NCBI GenBank assembly: GCA_964470645.1
Contig: CAYYDP010000002.1
Location: 1 to 60,506 of the forward strand
Source of the DNA: an uncultured Gammaproteobacteria bacterium
GTDB taxonomy: Bacteria; Patescibacteriota; Patescibacteriia; CAYYDP01
Direction: 5' to 3'
DNA: 60,506 bases
Shown here: piece by piece, positions 9,326 to 19,314 of the stretch
Position numbering within the stretch: the first letter of the stretch is position 1
How the letters are laid out: each line of letters starts with the position of its first letter
Notes under the pieces: model-generated
Database searches by the model: none
What the model saw: only the letters and a program-made list of their open reading frames with translations
What the model was told of the DNA's origin: nothing
Made by a program: the position numbers and the translations under genes

Positions 9326-10486
9326 ATGGTGCCAATATCTAAAACAAAGCTTTTCATCGCTGGATGTATCATTCTAGTTGGTTTAGCGTGGTTGACTCTC
9401 ATGATCCCATTTGAACATGGAGGCAAACCAAAACAACCCGACATCATTAAGGTGGGTGTCATTTTGCCTCTGACAGGAAATCTTGCGTCAATTGGCGTCC
9501 CAGGTAAGAACGCACTTGAACTCGCGTTTAACAGGATTAACCAACAGCAAACAGACTTTCGCTACGAAGTGATATATGAAGACTCAAAAGGGAGCCCGAA
9601 AGACGGCGTCACCGCTGCTCAAAAATTGCTTTCAGTTGACAAGGCACAAGTGGTCTTTGCAACGCTCTCCAGTGTGAGCCTTGCGATCGCACCGATCATC
9701 CAAGAGCGCAATGCACTATTATTTGCATCAGCAATCTCCACCGATCTGCTCAAGGAAGGAGACGGGATTTTTCGGTTTTTCCCGTCCACCCAAAATGAAG
9801 TTGCGGTATGGCTCGACAGGATCAAAAGTAAAAACTACAAACGAGTAGCTATGCTCTACATGAATGCCGAATTTTCTCTTGAGGAAAAGAAACAGCTTGA
9901 GGCGAGTTTACCAAATGACGTAATGTTTATTGCCGAATCATTCGAGGCGAATAGTCAGGATTTACGGACGCAGCTTACAAAGTTAAAACAATCGGATCCA
10001 GATGTGATTGTTATCTCAGGAATAGGTTCAAATTACGTCTCTTTAATGAATCAACTCAACGATCTTAACATCTCGCCCGCGGTTATTGGCGATTTCGATT
10101 TCGCCCTTTCAATAGCACGAAATGCTGCAAGAAAATCCGATCAAGGTCTCTCTCTGTTTGACGGTGTAGAGTTCGCTATGATTAACATTGATTCCACTTC
10201 ATCAGTAACGCAAGATCTCATAAAACGTTACCGTGAACGATATCGCGATCCAGAGTACGACATCTTAAACGAGTCAGAGGCGCTCTTTGCATATGACGCC
10301 GCGAATCTTCTCAATGAACGGGCGCAAAAGATTGGCGTGTTCGACATTAGCAAACTCAAGGACCAGTTACAAAACATAACACAATATTCCGGGGTGAGCG
10401 GCAACATCAAAATAACGAATCGTTCAGCCGATATTCCTTTAGTTCTCGCAAGATATCGAAACGGAGAAATTGAAATTGTTAAATAA
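9326..10486 (+). CDS. Membrane-anchored periplasmic-binding-protein type 1 (LivK/branched-chain amino acid SBP-like), P1
   Basis: An N-terminal TM segment is followed by IKVGVILPLTGNLASIGVPGKNALELAF and VIYEDSKGSPKDGV, typical of the Leu/Ile/Val-binding family. No lipobox cysteine is present. Confidence 0.8.
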   Translation: MVPISKTKLFIAGCIILVGLAWLTLMIPFEHGGKPKQPDIIKVGVILPLTGNLASIGVPGKNALELAFNRINQQQTDFRYEVIYEDSKGSPKDGVTAAQKLLSVDKAQVVFATLSSVSLAIAPIIQERNALLFASAISTDLLKEGDGIFRFFPSTQNEVAVWLDRIKSKNYKRVAMLYMNAEFSLEEKKQLEASLPNDVMFIAESFEANSQDLRTQLTKLKQSDPDVIVISGIGSNYVSLMNQLNDLNISPAVIGDFDFALSIARNAARKSDQGLSLFDGVEFAMINIDSTSSVTQDLIKRYRERYRDPEYDILNESEALFAYDAANLLNERAQKIGVFDISKLKDQLQNITQYSGVSGNIKITNRSADIPLVLARYRNGEIEIVK

Positions 10487-10487
10487 T

Positions 10488-10567
10488 AAAAAATTCTGCC
10501 CCAGAGCCTTCTTGGTAATAATCCCTTCGTGAGTTGCACGTTTCAATAATTCAATTGGATGGATCAT
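10488..10567 (-). repeat. Duplicated ksgA 5' terminus (gene fragment)
   Basis: These 80 nt align with 8321-8400 (the intact ksgA start) at roughly 80 percent identity by eye, including the ATG (10565-10567). The fragment begins right after the P1 stop and ends 1 nt before the T3 stop. Confidence 0.85.
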
Positions 10568-10568
10568 A

Positions 10569-11315
10569 CTATTTCCCAACTGCCTCCCACATGATATGAA
10601 ACATTGTGCGGAATAAATTCGCGATTGTGTGACTTTTGATTCTCATTACCACTTTTTCTTTTGGATTTGAATATACGATCACGGTATCATCATATGTTTT
10701 CCAGTACGACTCGACGGTATGTTGTTTGGGATAAAAACGCATTTCACGTAAATACTTTGTATCGCTATTTTTATGAAGACGAGTAAAGTCAGACTCATTG
10801 GCGAGCATATACAAAAATATTTTGTTTCTCACGCGTTCCTTCATATACACATCCAAATCATATTCCCTCCCAATAATTTCCTGGAGTACATCAATATTCC
10901 CAAAATCAAACATGGTCTTGTTTTTTGCAAATAAACTTTGCTCCGTCAACTCACGAAATTGCTCAAGTGTATAATGCACCTCCACTTGAGCATTGTTTTT
11001 TTTCGTTCCATATTTCAAATCATCAAGAAGATCTTGAAGACTTAATTCCATGTGGCGATACTGACGGCGTTTTTTCGCGACAATATTCATGAGGGCTTCA
11101 GGCGCTGACAAGCGATACTTGTTAGCTCTACTTTTCAAGTCGTCTACAATAACTCCCTTGGCTTTCAATTCAGTTAAAAAACGAAACAAGGTGCTTTTTG
11201 GCAACCCGGTTTCTCGCATGAGCTCCATTGAGTTCGCTGATTGTCGTTGAATGAGTATCTCAATGATACGCTCCTCCTCTGATCGCAATCCAATGTCTTG
11301 AAGGGATAGTTTCAT
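10569..11315 (-). CDS. TrmB-like regulator, paralog T3
   Basis: The wHTH is ANSMELMRETGLPKSTLFRFLTELKAKGVIV. Length and C-terminal domain match the other paralogs. Confidence 0.7.
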   Translation of the reverse strand: MKLSLQDIGLRSEEERIIEILIQRQSANSMELMRETGLPKSTLFRFLTELKAKGVIVDDLKSRANKYRLSAPEALMNIVAKKRRQYRHMELSLQDLLDDLKYGTKKNNAQVEVHYTLEQFRELTEQSLFAKNKTMFDFGNIDVLQEIIGREYDLDVYMKERVRNKIFLYMLANESDFTRLHKNSDTKYLREMRFYPKQHTVESYWKTYDDTVIVYSNPKEKVVMRIKSHTIANLFRTMFHIMWEAVGK

Positions 11316-11435
11316 AGTCTCATGTTTAAGACTACTAAAGCGTAGCTTTTTTCCTTCATTTTAGCAAGACATGAAGATGGACATTCCCTTTTAGGACTAA
11401 TGAGCTAAAGTAACAATCGTATTATTCAACATCAT

Positions 11436-12329
11436 ATGGTTAATCCAAAAAACATCCGCGTTATTGTTACTGGCTGTGGGTATAAACCACTACAGCGAGA
11501 ATTTTGTGACCATCTTTCCGGACTGCCAACCCATTCAGAAATCATTTTAAATGGAATTCGGTGTAAATTAAATATCGGAGCGGCAATTGCGTGCACACTA
11601 TCCCAAAACGGATATATAGTTCACATGATATCAAAAACAGAAAAATCGCTCCTGAATCTCAAACAAGAATTTTGCAGTCGCTTTCACTGTTTACCAGACA
11701 CCATCGAGTACAGCGCATTCGATCTGCTGGATTCTGATCAAGTTAATAACTTCGTGGTTGATCTTCCAAAAGATAAACCAATCTATTGGGTGCAATCCAT
11801 TGGTTTGAGTGCGGGGAGTTATCAAGTGAAGGACGATAACCCATACCTCCCCATTGAGGACATTGATGCCGAGCTCATTGAGGCTGAATCTCGAACTCTG
11901 CTTCGAGGAACTCACCTTCTTGCGAAGAAGCTTGTTCCCTTATTTCGAAAACAAAAGGAGACGAGAGTTGTTATCATCACATCTCTTAGCGCAATACGCA
12001 GTTACGATATTGGTGCGACCCACTGTGCGTCAAAAGCGGCTTTGGATACGTATACTGAAGTTCTCCGTCTTGCGTTAAGTAAGGAGCATATCTTTGTCAC
12101 AACAATCCGACCTGGTATTGTAGATACTGGCATGTATGACCACCCAGCTGTGATCGCAGCGGTGAAACACGTTGGTGCAGAGTATGGCTGGAGCTATACA
12201 GATAACCAAATTCCACTTATCACTCCGCTTGCGATCGGAAAGCTTGTAAGAGAAGTTCTTTCATCAGAAGCCCACATCACCTCCATCAACCTGGTTGCCC
12301 GCGGCCAATGGCCGCACGAAGGGTCGTAG
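11436..12329 (+). CDS. Divergent short-chain dehydrogenase/reductase-like protein
   Basis: A Rossmann start VIVTGCGYKP and the segment SLSAIRSYDIGATHCASKAALDTY are present. The usual YxxxK tyrosine position reads H. Confidence 0.5.
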   Translation: MVNPKNIRVIVTGCGYKPLQREFCDHLSGLPTHSEIILNGIRCKLNIGAAIACTLSQNGYIVHMISKTEKSLLNLKQEFCSRFHCLPDTIEYSAFDLLDSDQVNNFVVDLPKDKPIYWVQSIGLSAGSYQVKDDNPYLPIEDIDAELIEAESRTLLRGTHLLAKKLVPLFRKQKETRVVIITSLSAIRSYDIGATHCASKAALDTYTEVLRLALSKEHIFVTTIRPGIVDTGMYDHPAVIAAVKHVGAEYGWSYTDNQIPLITPLAIGKLVREVLSSEAHITSINLVARGQWPHEGS

Positions 12330-12363
12330 CGACTATCTCATCGACCAGTTACGATTCAAAAAT

Positions 12364-13191
12364 CTAATCGCATTTACTTCGATATATCGTAATATCGAAG
12401 TATGCTAGCTCTATCTTCTTCAACCCAAGATACCACTTCCGTTTCTTTTCTGGAAATTTTTCGATTGCATATCGGAGCATGGTTCGGGGCATACGGTGGG
12501 CATGTTTATTTAGAAATGATTCTAGACTTCTCACATCCTTCTTCCCCACTTCCCGGAGCATCCACCCAACGGCTTTGTGAATGAGATCATGTTCGTCGTT
12601 CAATAATACATTCGCGATGTTGATCGTATCGTCAAATTGTCCTTTTTGGATTAACGCGTTAGTTGAAACCATAGCAATCCTTCGCTCCCACAGATTTTCC
12701 GATCTTGCAAGACGGAACAGAACTTTCCGATCTTTCTGTTTAAGTAAATAATCACCAAGAATACATGGCGCTGACGTATCCACCAAATCCCAATTATTAA
12801 CGTACTTTGTATGCTTCAAATAGAACGTTACTAGTTCCGCTCTCCCTCTGTCCTCCCCTTTCGAAGGGGAGGTGAAGGAGGGGTATCGAATGTTCGATTT
12901 TCCATTTTTCATTTTCCTTTTTCCATAATCCTCATATTTCATCGCCAACATTTCAAGCGCCACAAACCGTTCTTCGTGAATCTTGCTTTTGAGTAGCGTT
13001 TGAATCTCTTCAAGGGTTATTTCTTTGTAATATCTCTTCGCCACCTTCCGTTGTTCTGGTACCTTGATTCCCAAAAATCTATCCCCTTCTCCGTACTCCC
13101 CTTTTCCCGTCTTAAAAAACCACGCCGAAGCGTGAGCGCGTTTTGAATTAATAAGTTTCCGAAGTTCCCGTTTAAGCATCGCGAGGTACAT
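12364..13191 (-). CDS. DNA alkylation repair protein (AlkD-like HEAT-repeat family)
   Basis: The N-terminus KRAHASAWFFKTGKGEYGEGDRFLGIKVPEQRKVAKRY and NNWDLVDTSAP are typical of the DNA_alkylation family. It carries an in-frame hairpin element. Confidence 0.7.
   Translation of the reverse strand: MYLAMLKRELRKLINSKRAHASAWFFKTGKGEYGEGDRFLGIKVPEQRKVAKRYYKEITLEEIQTLLKSKIHEERFVALEMLAMKYEDYGKRKMKNGKSNIRYPSFTSPSKGEDRGRAELVTFYLKHTKYVNNWDLVDTSAPCILGDYLLKQKDRKVLFRLARSENLWERRIAMVSTNALIQKGQFDDTINIANVLLNDEHDLIHKAVGWMLREVGKKDVRSLESFLNKHAHRMPRTMLRYAIEKFPEKKRKWYLGLKKIELAYFDITIYRSKCD
12841..12884 (-). repeat. GC-rich hairpin element inserted in frame in the AlkD-like gene
   Basis: Sequence is tctccctctgt + cctcccctt tcg aaggggagg (9-bp stem) + tgaaggaggggt. 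It encodes YPSFTSPSKGEDRGRAE. Confidence 0.8.
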
Positions 13192-13210
13192 ACGAATTAT
13201 ATCGAACGAG

Positions 13211-13942
13211 TTAAAATCGATCCCATGCGATCTGCAATAATGTTCTCATTGACTCCGCAATCTCTTTATCTTCAACGATGACGGCAATTTTATTACTAAA
13301 CGACATAAGGGCTACCTTGTTGGCGTATACGATGATTTCATTGGGGATCCGATACTTTTGATGCGGAAAAAATTTCATTTTCCGGGATGCCCGCTCGTCA
13401 AAGTTATGCTCCTCCACGCTCTCCGGGGTGTCGGGGCTTAATGATCTCACGGTAATATTATTTTTCTTTCGATTCCGATACGTTCGATGCAAAAAATCCC
13501 TTCCGGTTGCTTCATATAAATCCTTCACGGAAGAAACTGATACTACCTGACAATTTTTCGTTGATGTAAAATCTTCATACACATGCCGAAGTCCCGACAG
13601 CCCTTCGTAGAAGGAAACTTTGGGTTTAACGCCAGTATGTTTTCCGAGAAAAAGAAGATGTTTCAATTGTTTACGAAATTCTTCAACATTCATCACTACA
13701 TACTGAAATAAGCGGTCAGGGCTTAAGACCGAAAACGATTTTATTCCCTCTCTCTCTACGAACGAGCCGTATCCCTTTTTTACTAACCTTTTACACGTAT
13801 CGTATGTGGTAATCCGATTCAAACGGGCGGCGGTAGCGATTTCAGAAACCCTTGTCTCCCCAATGTGGAGCACAGCGAGGTATACCCTCGATTCCTTATC
13901 ACTAAAACCTAAACGGACGAAAATTTCTTCCAAATTGTTCAT
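13211..13942 (-). CDS. TrmB-like regulator, paralog T4
   Basis: The wHTH is FSDKESRVYLAVLHIGETRVSEIATAARLNRITTYDTCKRLVKKG. Confidence 0.8.
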   Translation of the reverse strand: MNNLEEIFVRLGFSDKESRVYLAVLHIGETRVSEIATAARLNRITTYDTCKRLVKKGYGSFVEREGIKSFSVLSPDRLFQYVVMNVEEFRKQLKHLLFLGKHTGVKPKVSFYEGLSGLRHVYEDFTSTKNCQVVSVSSVKDLYEATGRDFLHRTYRNRKKNNITVRSLSPDTPESVEEHNFDERASRKMKFFPHQKYRIPNEIIVYANKVALMSFSNKIAVIVEDKEIAESMRTLLQIAWDRF

Positions 13943-13952
13943 GATGTTTTGT

Positions 13953-14043
13953 TGTAATTATTTTCTACAATTATGATACAGAATGTCGTCTTTTATTTCA
14001 AATAAGAGATTAAATTTATATTAGTCTGTAATAATTTTCTACA
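13953..14043. promoter_or_regulatory. Divergent T4/methyltransferase control region with two 17-nt direct repeats
   Basis: Repeats are tgtaattattttctaca (13953-13969) and tgtaataattttctaca (14027-14043), with 16 of 17 identical. They are candidate operator sites. Confidence 0.4.
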
Positions 14044-14049
14044 GGATTT

Positions 14050-14805
14050 ATGATTTATCTGACGAATATGACAAAAGAACACTTCGTTCACAAAACGGTG
14101 TACCGACGGTACTCGATTGATACTTCGGCCCTGCGTCTGGAAATAACACCGGATATTTTCCCCCCTTCCACAAATGGACTATTTCTTGCAAAACAGTTCA
14201 GTGTTCGAAAGGGGGAAACAGTTATTGACATCGGCACTGGCTCCGGTATTCTCGCAATTACGGCCGCAAAACGAGGTGGCATTGTGTATGCAACCGACCA
14301 GGATCCTAAAGCAATCCGAGTTGCGCAAAGAAACGCTCATCAAAATAACGTACTGATAAAATTTAAGGTTGGGAAGTACTTCGCAAATTTTAGAAGAAAG
14401 TTTGATGTGATTATTGCTAACCTCCCCCAGGAGATCATTCCATACGAATACCGAATAAACCTCGGAGATACTCTCGCAAAGACTATCGATGGCGGCACGC
14501 GGGGGAACCGACAAATGGTACAATTACTCAAGGTAGCGAAACAATGGATGCGACGAAAATCACGAATGTACTTTCTGGTTAATTCATCAACCGACTATAT
14601 TTCCACACTGAGTATCATGGTGAAAAATTATGATGCGCGCCTTATTGCATTCAGCACACAGCCTATGAAGGGGTTCGTGGATGCTCACATACATAAATTC
14701 GAAAGGCTCCATAAACATGGACTCATTCATATACTTAAAAAGAGAAATAGATGGTACTGTTGTATGTATCTGTTCGAGCTCATGTTAAAAAAGTCTGATT
14801 TATAA
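14050..14805 (+). CDS. Class I SAM-dependent methyltransferase
   Basis: It has SAM motif [21 protein letters not shown], then [10 protein letters not shown] and DVIIANLPQ. Confidence 0.75.
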   Translation: MIYLTNMTKEHFVHKTVYRRYSIDTSALRLEITPDIFPPSTNGLFLAKQFSVRKGETVIDIGTGSGILAITAAKRGGIVYATDQDPKAIRVAQRNAHQNNVLIKFKVGKYFANFRRKFDVIIANLPQEIIPYEYRINLGDTLAKTIDGGTRGNRQMVQLLKVAKQWMRRKSRMYFLVNSSTDYISTLSIMVKNYDARLIAFSTQPMKGFVDAHIHKFERLHKHGLIHILKKRNRWYCCMYLFELMLKKSDL

Positions 14806-14821
14806 AATTAGAACCCCCCAA

Positions 14822-14902
14822 CCTAAAAAACCACGCCGAAGCGTGAGCGCGTTTTGGATCGGCAAGATGGCGAAGTTCTTTTTTTAAAACGTTTAGCATC
14901 AT
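14822..14902 (-). repeat. Duplicated 5' terminus of the AlkD-like gene (gene fragment)
   Basis: It aligns with 13111-13191, sharing a 29-nt identical core taaaaaaccacgccgaagcgtgagcgcgttttg. It translates as MMLNVLKKELRHLADPKRAHASAWFF. It lies about 17 nt after the methyltransferase stop and 6 nt from the AbiEii stop. Confidence 0.85.
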
Positions 14903-14908
14903 ATCCCT

Positions 14909-15757
14909 TCACTCAGGAAGTCGAGTAATTTCTCTTTTGAGGATGTCTTTCATGTTAGCGCTTACGTCCTTCGTATACCGCTCGTCCTTGATGAACGCTT
15001 CAAGATCAATTCTGATACTTCCGGGGTCAGCTTTCTCGACCGCGTCCAACAGTTTCTGCTTCAATTCTTTCATGTTCTTGATCTCGGATAGGCACGCGAG
15101 ATTAGGCACGACCCCTTTGCTCAAATACCAAAGAAGATCAAAATAGTCACGCCCCTTGACCGTTGCGATCACGTTGCCAGCTTTGTCCGTTCTCTTCCAC
15201 CGGCGTTCGAGAACTGCTCGTATTTTTGTCGCCATGAGCGTTGGTAAATCAAATGTTCTCACCAAAAGCGACTTGTTCATTTTAAATAAGGGAATAATTT
15301 CAATCGGACAGTTCCGTAGGCTTCCATTATCTCGAAACACTTCAAGCTTGATCAGGAGAAGATCGGACTCGCTCGCGGTAGCTAACCCAAGTTCCCGAAG
15401 AAGCGGGAACTTCAGATATACTCGAAATTTCTGAATGAGACTGGTCGCCCTTATATCTGTTTTTTTGTTGATAAACTCTAACACATCTTCGGAAAACTGA
15501 CTCAGGGAAATTGAACCCTCAAGATCGATAAAATCAAGATCTTCCGACAGTCTAGGCAAACCATGGCAGTGCGCCAAGCATGAACCGCCGTAAAAAATCA
15601 ACTTGCCGTATCTTGGCTGTGAGTAAATGAAATCAAGCAGAACAATCTGCAGGTATTCTTTCAGGAGATTGCGCCGAAACACGATTTGATCGCTCTGCGT
15701 TTCTGCAACAATTCGACTGAGCGCTGGCTTAATCTCATTCATAACGTTTTGTATCAA
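14909..15757 (-). CDS. Nucleotidyltransferase AbiEii/AbiGii-family toxin (type IV TA / abortive infection)
   Basis: It carries the motif FYGGSCLAHCHGLPRLSEDLDFID, characteristic of the DUF1814/AbiEii family. Confidence 0.7.
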   Translation of the reverse strand: MIQNVMNEIKPALSRIVAETQSDQIVFRRNLLKEYLQIVLLDFIYSQPRYGKLIFYGGSCLAHCHGLPRLSEDLDFIDLEGSISLSQFSEDVLEFINKKTDIRATSLIQKFRVYLKFPLLRELGLATASESDLLLIKLEVFRDNGSLRNCPIEIIPLFKMNKSLLVRTFDLPTLMATKIRAVLERRWKRTDKAGNVIATVKGRDYFDLLWYLSKGVVPNLACLSEIKNMKELKQKLLDAVEKADPGSIRIDLEAFIKDERYTKDVSANMKDILKREITRLPE

Positions 15758-16397
15758 ATAGTGTTTTAAGAATTGTTTTCATTCGGTCAGTTCCTTCGCG
15801 CGCTGCGTGTGCTAAACACTCACGCCGAACCGCAGGAGATAGCTCTTCCACGTTAAGGCGCAACTCTTCAATCGCCTCAGGATTGTTGAGGTGTCGTTTA
15901 CGGAAGTACAGATAGTCAAACAACGCTTTGGCAGGAGAAGCCTTAAAAATTTGGAGATCGCCGTCCCGTTTTATTTCGAATCCTGTAAACAGTGTCGCGG
16001 TAATGCTCTGATACCGGAAACGACCAAACTGATTGTTTAACGTTGCGGTTTTATTGGTGGAAACCGCCGTAATCATAACGGGAAACTCGGTAATGATCCC
16101 GTGCTGATAAAGGACGTATTCGCCGCTCACATATGATGGGGAATAAAGTGCGCTTGCTAAAAATTCCACATACGACGCGATCCTTCCCGATTTTTCCAGC
16201 AAATGAACGTAGTCCTTCGTAACATAGGTTCCTTTTTTGAGCCTAACCACGCTGCCAGACCTCTGGTGACGAGAAAGGAGGATTTTGAGATACGTTTTAT
16301 TTGTTTCAACACTTGCCAAATCATCAAGCGTAAACAACGGTAGTGTTGCTACCATTCGTAAAATACGCTGAATTTTCGAATTTTCCTCATTTCTCAT
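15735..16397 (-). CDS. AbiEi-like antitoxin/transcriptional regulator
   Basis: It sits upstream of AbiEii, overlapping it by 23 nt, and has an N-terminal wHTH-like segment. The gene order is typical of abiEi-abiEii pairs. Confidence 0.55.
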   Translation of the reverse strand: MRNEENSKIQRILRMVATLPLFTLDDLASVETNKTYLKILLSRHQRSGSVVRLKKGTYVTKDYVHLLEKSGRIASYVEFLASALYSPSYVSGEYVLYQHGIITEFPVMITAVSTNKTATLNNQFGRFRYQSITATLFTGFEIKRDGDLQIFKASPAKALFDYLYFRKRHLNNPEAIEELRLNVEELSPAVRRECLAHAAREGTDRMKTILKTLFDTKRYE

Positions 16398-16522
16398 AGT
16401 ATACTTTAATGGTATATTATCAGAAATGACTTGTCAATTAAAATCTCCACAATTTTATTATGCGTTTATTCCGTTTATGCTGATGAGTGAACTTCCATGG
16501 TTCCATTCGCATATTTTATCTT

Positions 16523-16548
16523 TCAAATCCTCCTCGCATCAATCGCTC
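16523..16548 (-). repeat. Short duplicated 3' terminus of the 168-aa gene at 18581-19087
   Basis: It matches 18581-18606 at 22 of 26 positions, including the stop codon (AIDARRI* versus AIDSRRV*). It lies 14 nt from the T5 stop. It is short, so confidence is lower. Confidence 0.5.
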
Positions 16549-16562
16549 GCCCTATCCATCAC

Positions 16563-17309
16563 TCACTCAGGCTCTTTTGACCCGAGCCCCCACATGAAAT
16601 GAAAATACGCTTCGAGTGTCCGCGCGAATTCATGGCTCTCGATAATGAATCCGAAATTCTCTTTTCTCGTTGATGCCATGGCAACTTTATTATCGTAAAT
16701 CATAATCATGGAAGCGTAAAACGTGCCCGGGGGCAAATAACGAGTATGTCGTTTCCATCGTGCACTTTCTTCGCCCAGGAGCTCTGTGTGGATATCGCCG
16801 GATTTTGGATTTAACGCGTACGCGGTTATACCCTTGCTTACCCGTTTCTGTATATATTCCAGAACATATCCTTCTCCTAAAAATTCAAGAAAATCACGGA
16901 CTCGAACAATTTGATGAATTTTTTTCGACCGACACCGAAGTGAATCTTCAAAAATTCGCTTCACCCCTTCCTTCCCTTCAAAAAACTGTAATCGAGGACG
17001 GATTGTGTGAGTTGCAAACAAATGCTCAATATCTGGTATCACTTTTTCTAACTCATTTCTCCGGTCATCCAATAAATCCTGTAATACCTGTGGACGCTGT
17101 GCGTGAAACCATTTCATACTCCCTTTGTGTGAAACACTTACAATTCCCAACGATAACAATTCATCGAGAATCCCATATGTTGTGGTTCGCTTAATTCCCG
17201 CTTTTCGGGCTATTTCCGGTGCTTTTGCTCGGGCAAGCTCAAGACATGCAAGATATACTTTTGCCTGTTTTTCGTTTAGCCCTGATTTGATAAGCGTATT
17301 TTCGTACAT
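16563..17309 (-). CDS. TrmB-like regulator, paralog T5
   Basis: The wHTH is LNEKQAKVYLACLELARAKAPEIARKAGIKRTTTYGILDELLSLGIV. ATG at 17309 (MYENTLIK) was chosen by alignment with the paralogs. Confidence 0.8.
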   Translation of the reverse strand: MYENTLIKSGLNEKQAKVYLACLELARAKAPEIARKAGIKRTTTYGILDELLSLGIVSVSHKGSMKWFHAQRPQVLQDLLDDRRNELEKVIPDIEHLFATHTIRPRLQFFEGKEGVKRIFEDSLRCRSKKIHQIVRVRDFLEFLGEGYVLEYIQKRVSKGITAYALNPKSGDIHTELLGEESARWKRHTRYLPPGTFYASMIMIYDNKVAMASTRKENFGFIIESHEFARTLEAYFHFMWGLGSKEPE

Positions 17310-17443
17310 ATTTTTCGACAACATTATTGTTACTATTATAGGGCTAATAATAAACGAAATATCGTAAACAATCAATCGGATGTTCACAAATTCTGTATTA
17401 GATTTAGATTCTCACATAGGATTACGGCATAAAAGTTAATTTT

Positions 17444-18574
17444 ATGAATTCCACAACCCGATCATTTTTTATTTACACACCCATTTTACTGATCCTTATC
17501 GCCGCTGTTTTGATTATTTTTCTAACCACAAACTCGAACGCAAATCAAACAATCGCGATTGGAGCGATCCTTCCCTTAAGCGGACAGAACGGATTCTATG
17601 GCAAAGAGATTCAAAACGCGATTGAACTTGCGAGCTCCGAAATCAACGAAAGCGGAGGGATCAATGGAAAGTTGCTTGAAGTCGTCTACGAAGACGACAA
17701 AGCCGATCCGAAAATTGGAGTTACCTCAATGCAAAAGCTTATCAATATAGACAAGGTTCCAGTCGTGCTTGGTTCATGGGCATCCGGCGTCGTTCTTGCG
17801 GCCGCGCCGATTGCTGAACAGACAAAAACCGTAGTCGTCGCGCAGGCAATCGCTCCCACAATCTCTCAGGCCGGAGATTTTATCTTCCGTATCCAACCAT
17901 CAGCAGTGTATTATACTGAAGAGCTTTTAAAAACTACGAAACAAATCATAAACCTAAACACATTAGCCATCATCTCAATCAACAACGAATTCGGTAATGC
18001 GATCCGTCAAACAACACGAGAGCAAGCGTCGCTTCACAAGATTGACATTATCTCGGACGAAAGCTATGCCCCTGGGGATCAAGATTTCCGCACTCAACTC
18101 CAAAAAATCAATCAAAAACAACCCCAAGCGCTTTTGATCGGAGGATATCAGGAACAGTCACTCATCATCCAACAAGCGCGTGAGATTGGACTCGCATCCA
18201 TACTCCTCGCCGCTCCCACATTTGAAAACGAAAAGCTCATTAACGAACTCGGATCACTCGCGGAAGGAGTGATCTATCCCTACCATTTCCTCGCTGACGC
18301 TGACAACCAGAAAACAATCGCGTACCTTAAATCTTACCAAGAACGATTCGGCACAGAAAGTGGTGGATTTGCGCCACTTATGTACGATGGCGTTCATATC
18401 ATTGCGGGCGCACTCAAAAAATGCTCGACAAATACCGAGTGTATAAAAAACTATCTCTATAACGTTTCCTACGACGGAGTGAGCGGAACGATCACGTTCG
18501 ATGAAAACGGAGATCCCCACCTTCCGATCGTCATCAAAACCGTGAAGAATGGAAAATTCGTAAAGTACGAATAA
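17444..18574 (+). CDS. Membrane-anchored LivK-type solute-binding protein, P2
   Basis: An N-terminal TM segment is followed by IAIGAILPLSGQNGFYGKEIQNAIELA and VVYEDDKADPKIGV. Confidence 0.85.
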   Translation: MNSTTRSFFIYTPILLILIAAVLIIFLTTNSNANQTIAIGAILPLSGQNGFYGKEIQNAIELASSEINESGGINGKLLEVVYEDDKADPKIGVTSMQKLINIDKVPVVLGSWASGVVLAAAPIAEQTKTVVVAQAIAPTISQAGDFIFRIQPSAVYYTEELLKTTKQIINLNTLAIISINNEFGNAIRQTTREQASLHKIDIISDESYAPGDQDFRTQLQKINQKQPQALLIGGYQEQSLIIQQAREIGLASILLAAPTFENEKLINELGSLAEGVIYPYHFLADADNQKTIAYLKSYQERFGTESGGFAPLMYDGVHIIAGALKKCSTNTECIKNYLYNVSYDGVSGTITFDENGDPHLPIVIKTVKNGKFVKYE

Positions 18575-18580
18575 CAGTTA

Positions 18581-19087
18581 TTAAACCCTCCTCGAATCAA
18601 TCGCCCAGTGCAAGATGGCCTGACGCTGGCGGGGGCGGCACGAGAGATCGCCTTTCATGCAATTATTCCGCACTTGCGCGATGTGTCGACGAATCGCTTT
18701 CCACCGCTTGATTTGCCGTTCATCATCTTCTGTTCGTCTACCCATGTAGTACCGACAATACCACTGAAACCACCCCCTGGGGTCTTGCGGGTGAATCCAA
18801 CCTTTTTTCCTCCAGACTGAGAGCGGTTGCGAAGCATTCACACCAAAAAAATTTAACTTTGGATCGTGGCGTTCCGGGCAGAACTTTGCCTTCTCAAACC
18901 AGTCTTTTGGAAACTCCGTCCCGCAATCCGTCATGTACTTCCCGCCAAACACCCCGAGCGCGAGCATTTGCTTTGGCGTCAATTCCGGCTTGAATTCAGG
19001 ATCAAAATTCTTCCCTTCCGGTTCAACAAGATAATACGAGTACCCTTGCTGCATTACATCATTCACGGTTATCTTTTTCGGCTTCAT
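18581..19087 (-). CDS. Conserved hypothetical protein (Trp/Cys-rich)
   Basis: It is a clean ORF with the motif GWFQWYCRYYMGRRTEDDERQIKRWKAI. I do not recognise the family with certainty. Confidence 0.5.
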   Translation of the reverse strand: MKPKKITVNDVMQQGYSYYLVEPEGKNFDPEFKPELTPKQMLALGVFGGKYMTDCGTEFPKDWFEKAKFCPERHDPKLNFFGVNASQPLSVWRKKGWIHPQDPRGWFQWYCRYYMGRRTEDDERQIKRWKAIRRHIAQVRNNCMKGDLSCRPRQRQAILHWAIDSRRV

Positions 19088-19090
19088 ATG

Positions 19091-19306
19091 CTACATCTTC
19101 CCAATCTCTTTCAAATCCTTATCGGGAAGATAGAGAATCACGAGCCCGATGAGAATCCCCACAATCGCGGTCCACGCGTGACTACCCCCAAACAGGAGGA
19201 CGTCAAGCTTGTCGAGTACATACCAAATCCCCCGCCAAATAAGCACCACCCCCACAACGGTTGAAATATTTTTCACGAACACATGAATGGTTGAACGTTT
19301 TGACAT
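19091..19306 (-). CDS. Small two-TM membrane protein
   Basis: It has two hydrophobic helices and is tightly packed between flanking minus-strand genes. Confidence 0.45.
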   Translation of the reverse strand: MSKRSTIHVFVKNISTVVGVVLIWRGIWYVLDKLDVLLFGGSHAWTAIVGILIGLVILYLPDKDLKEIGKM

Positions 19307-19314
19307 AGTGTAAA

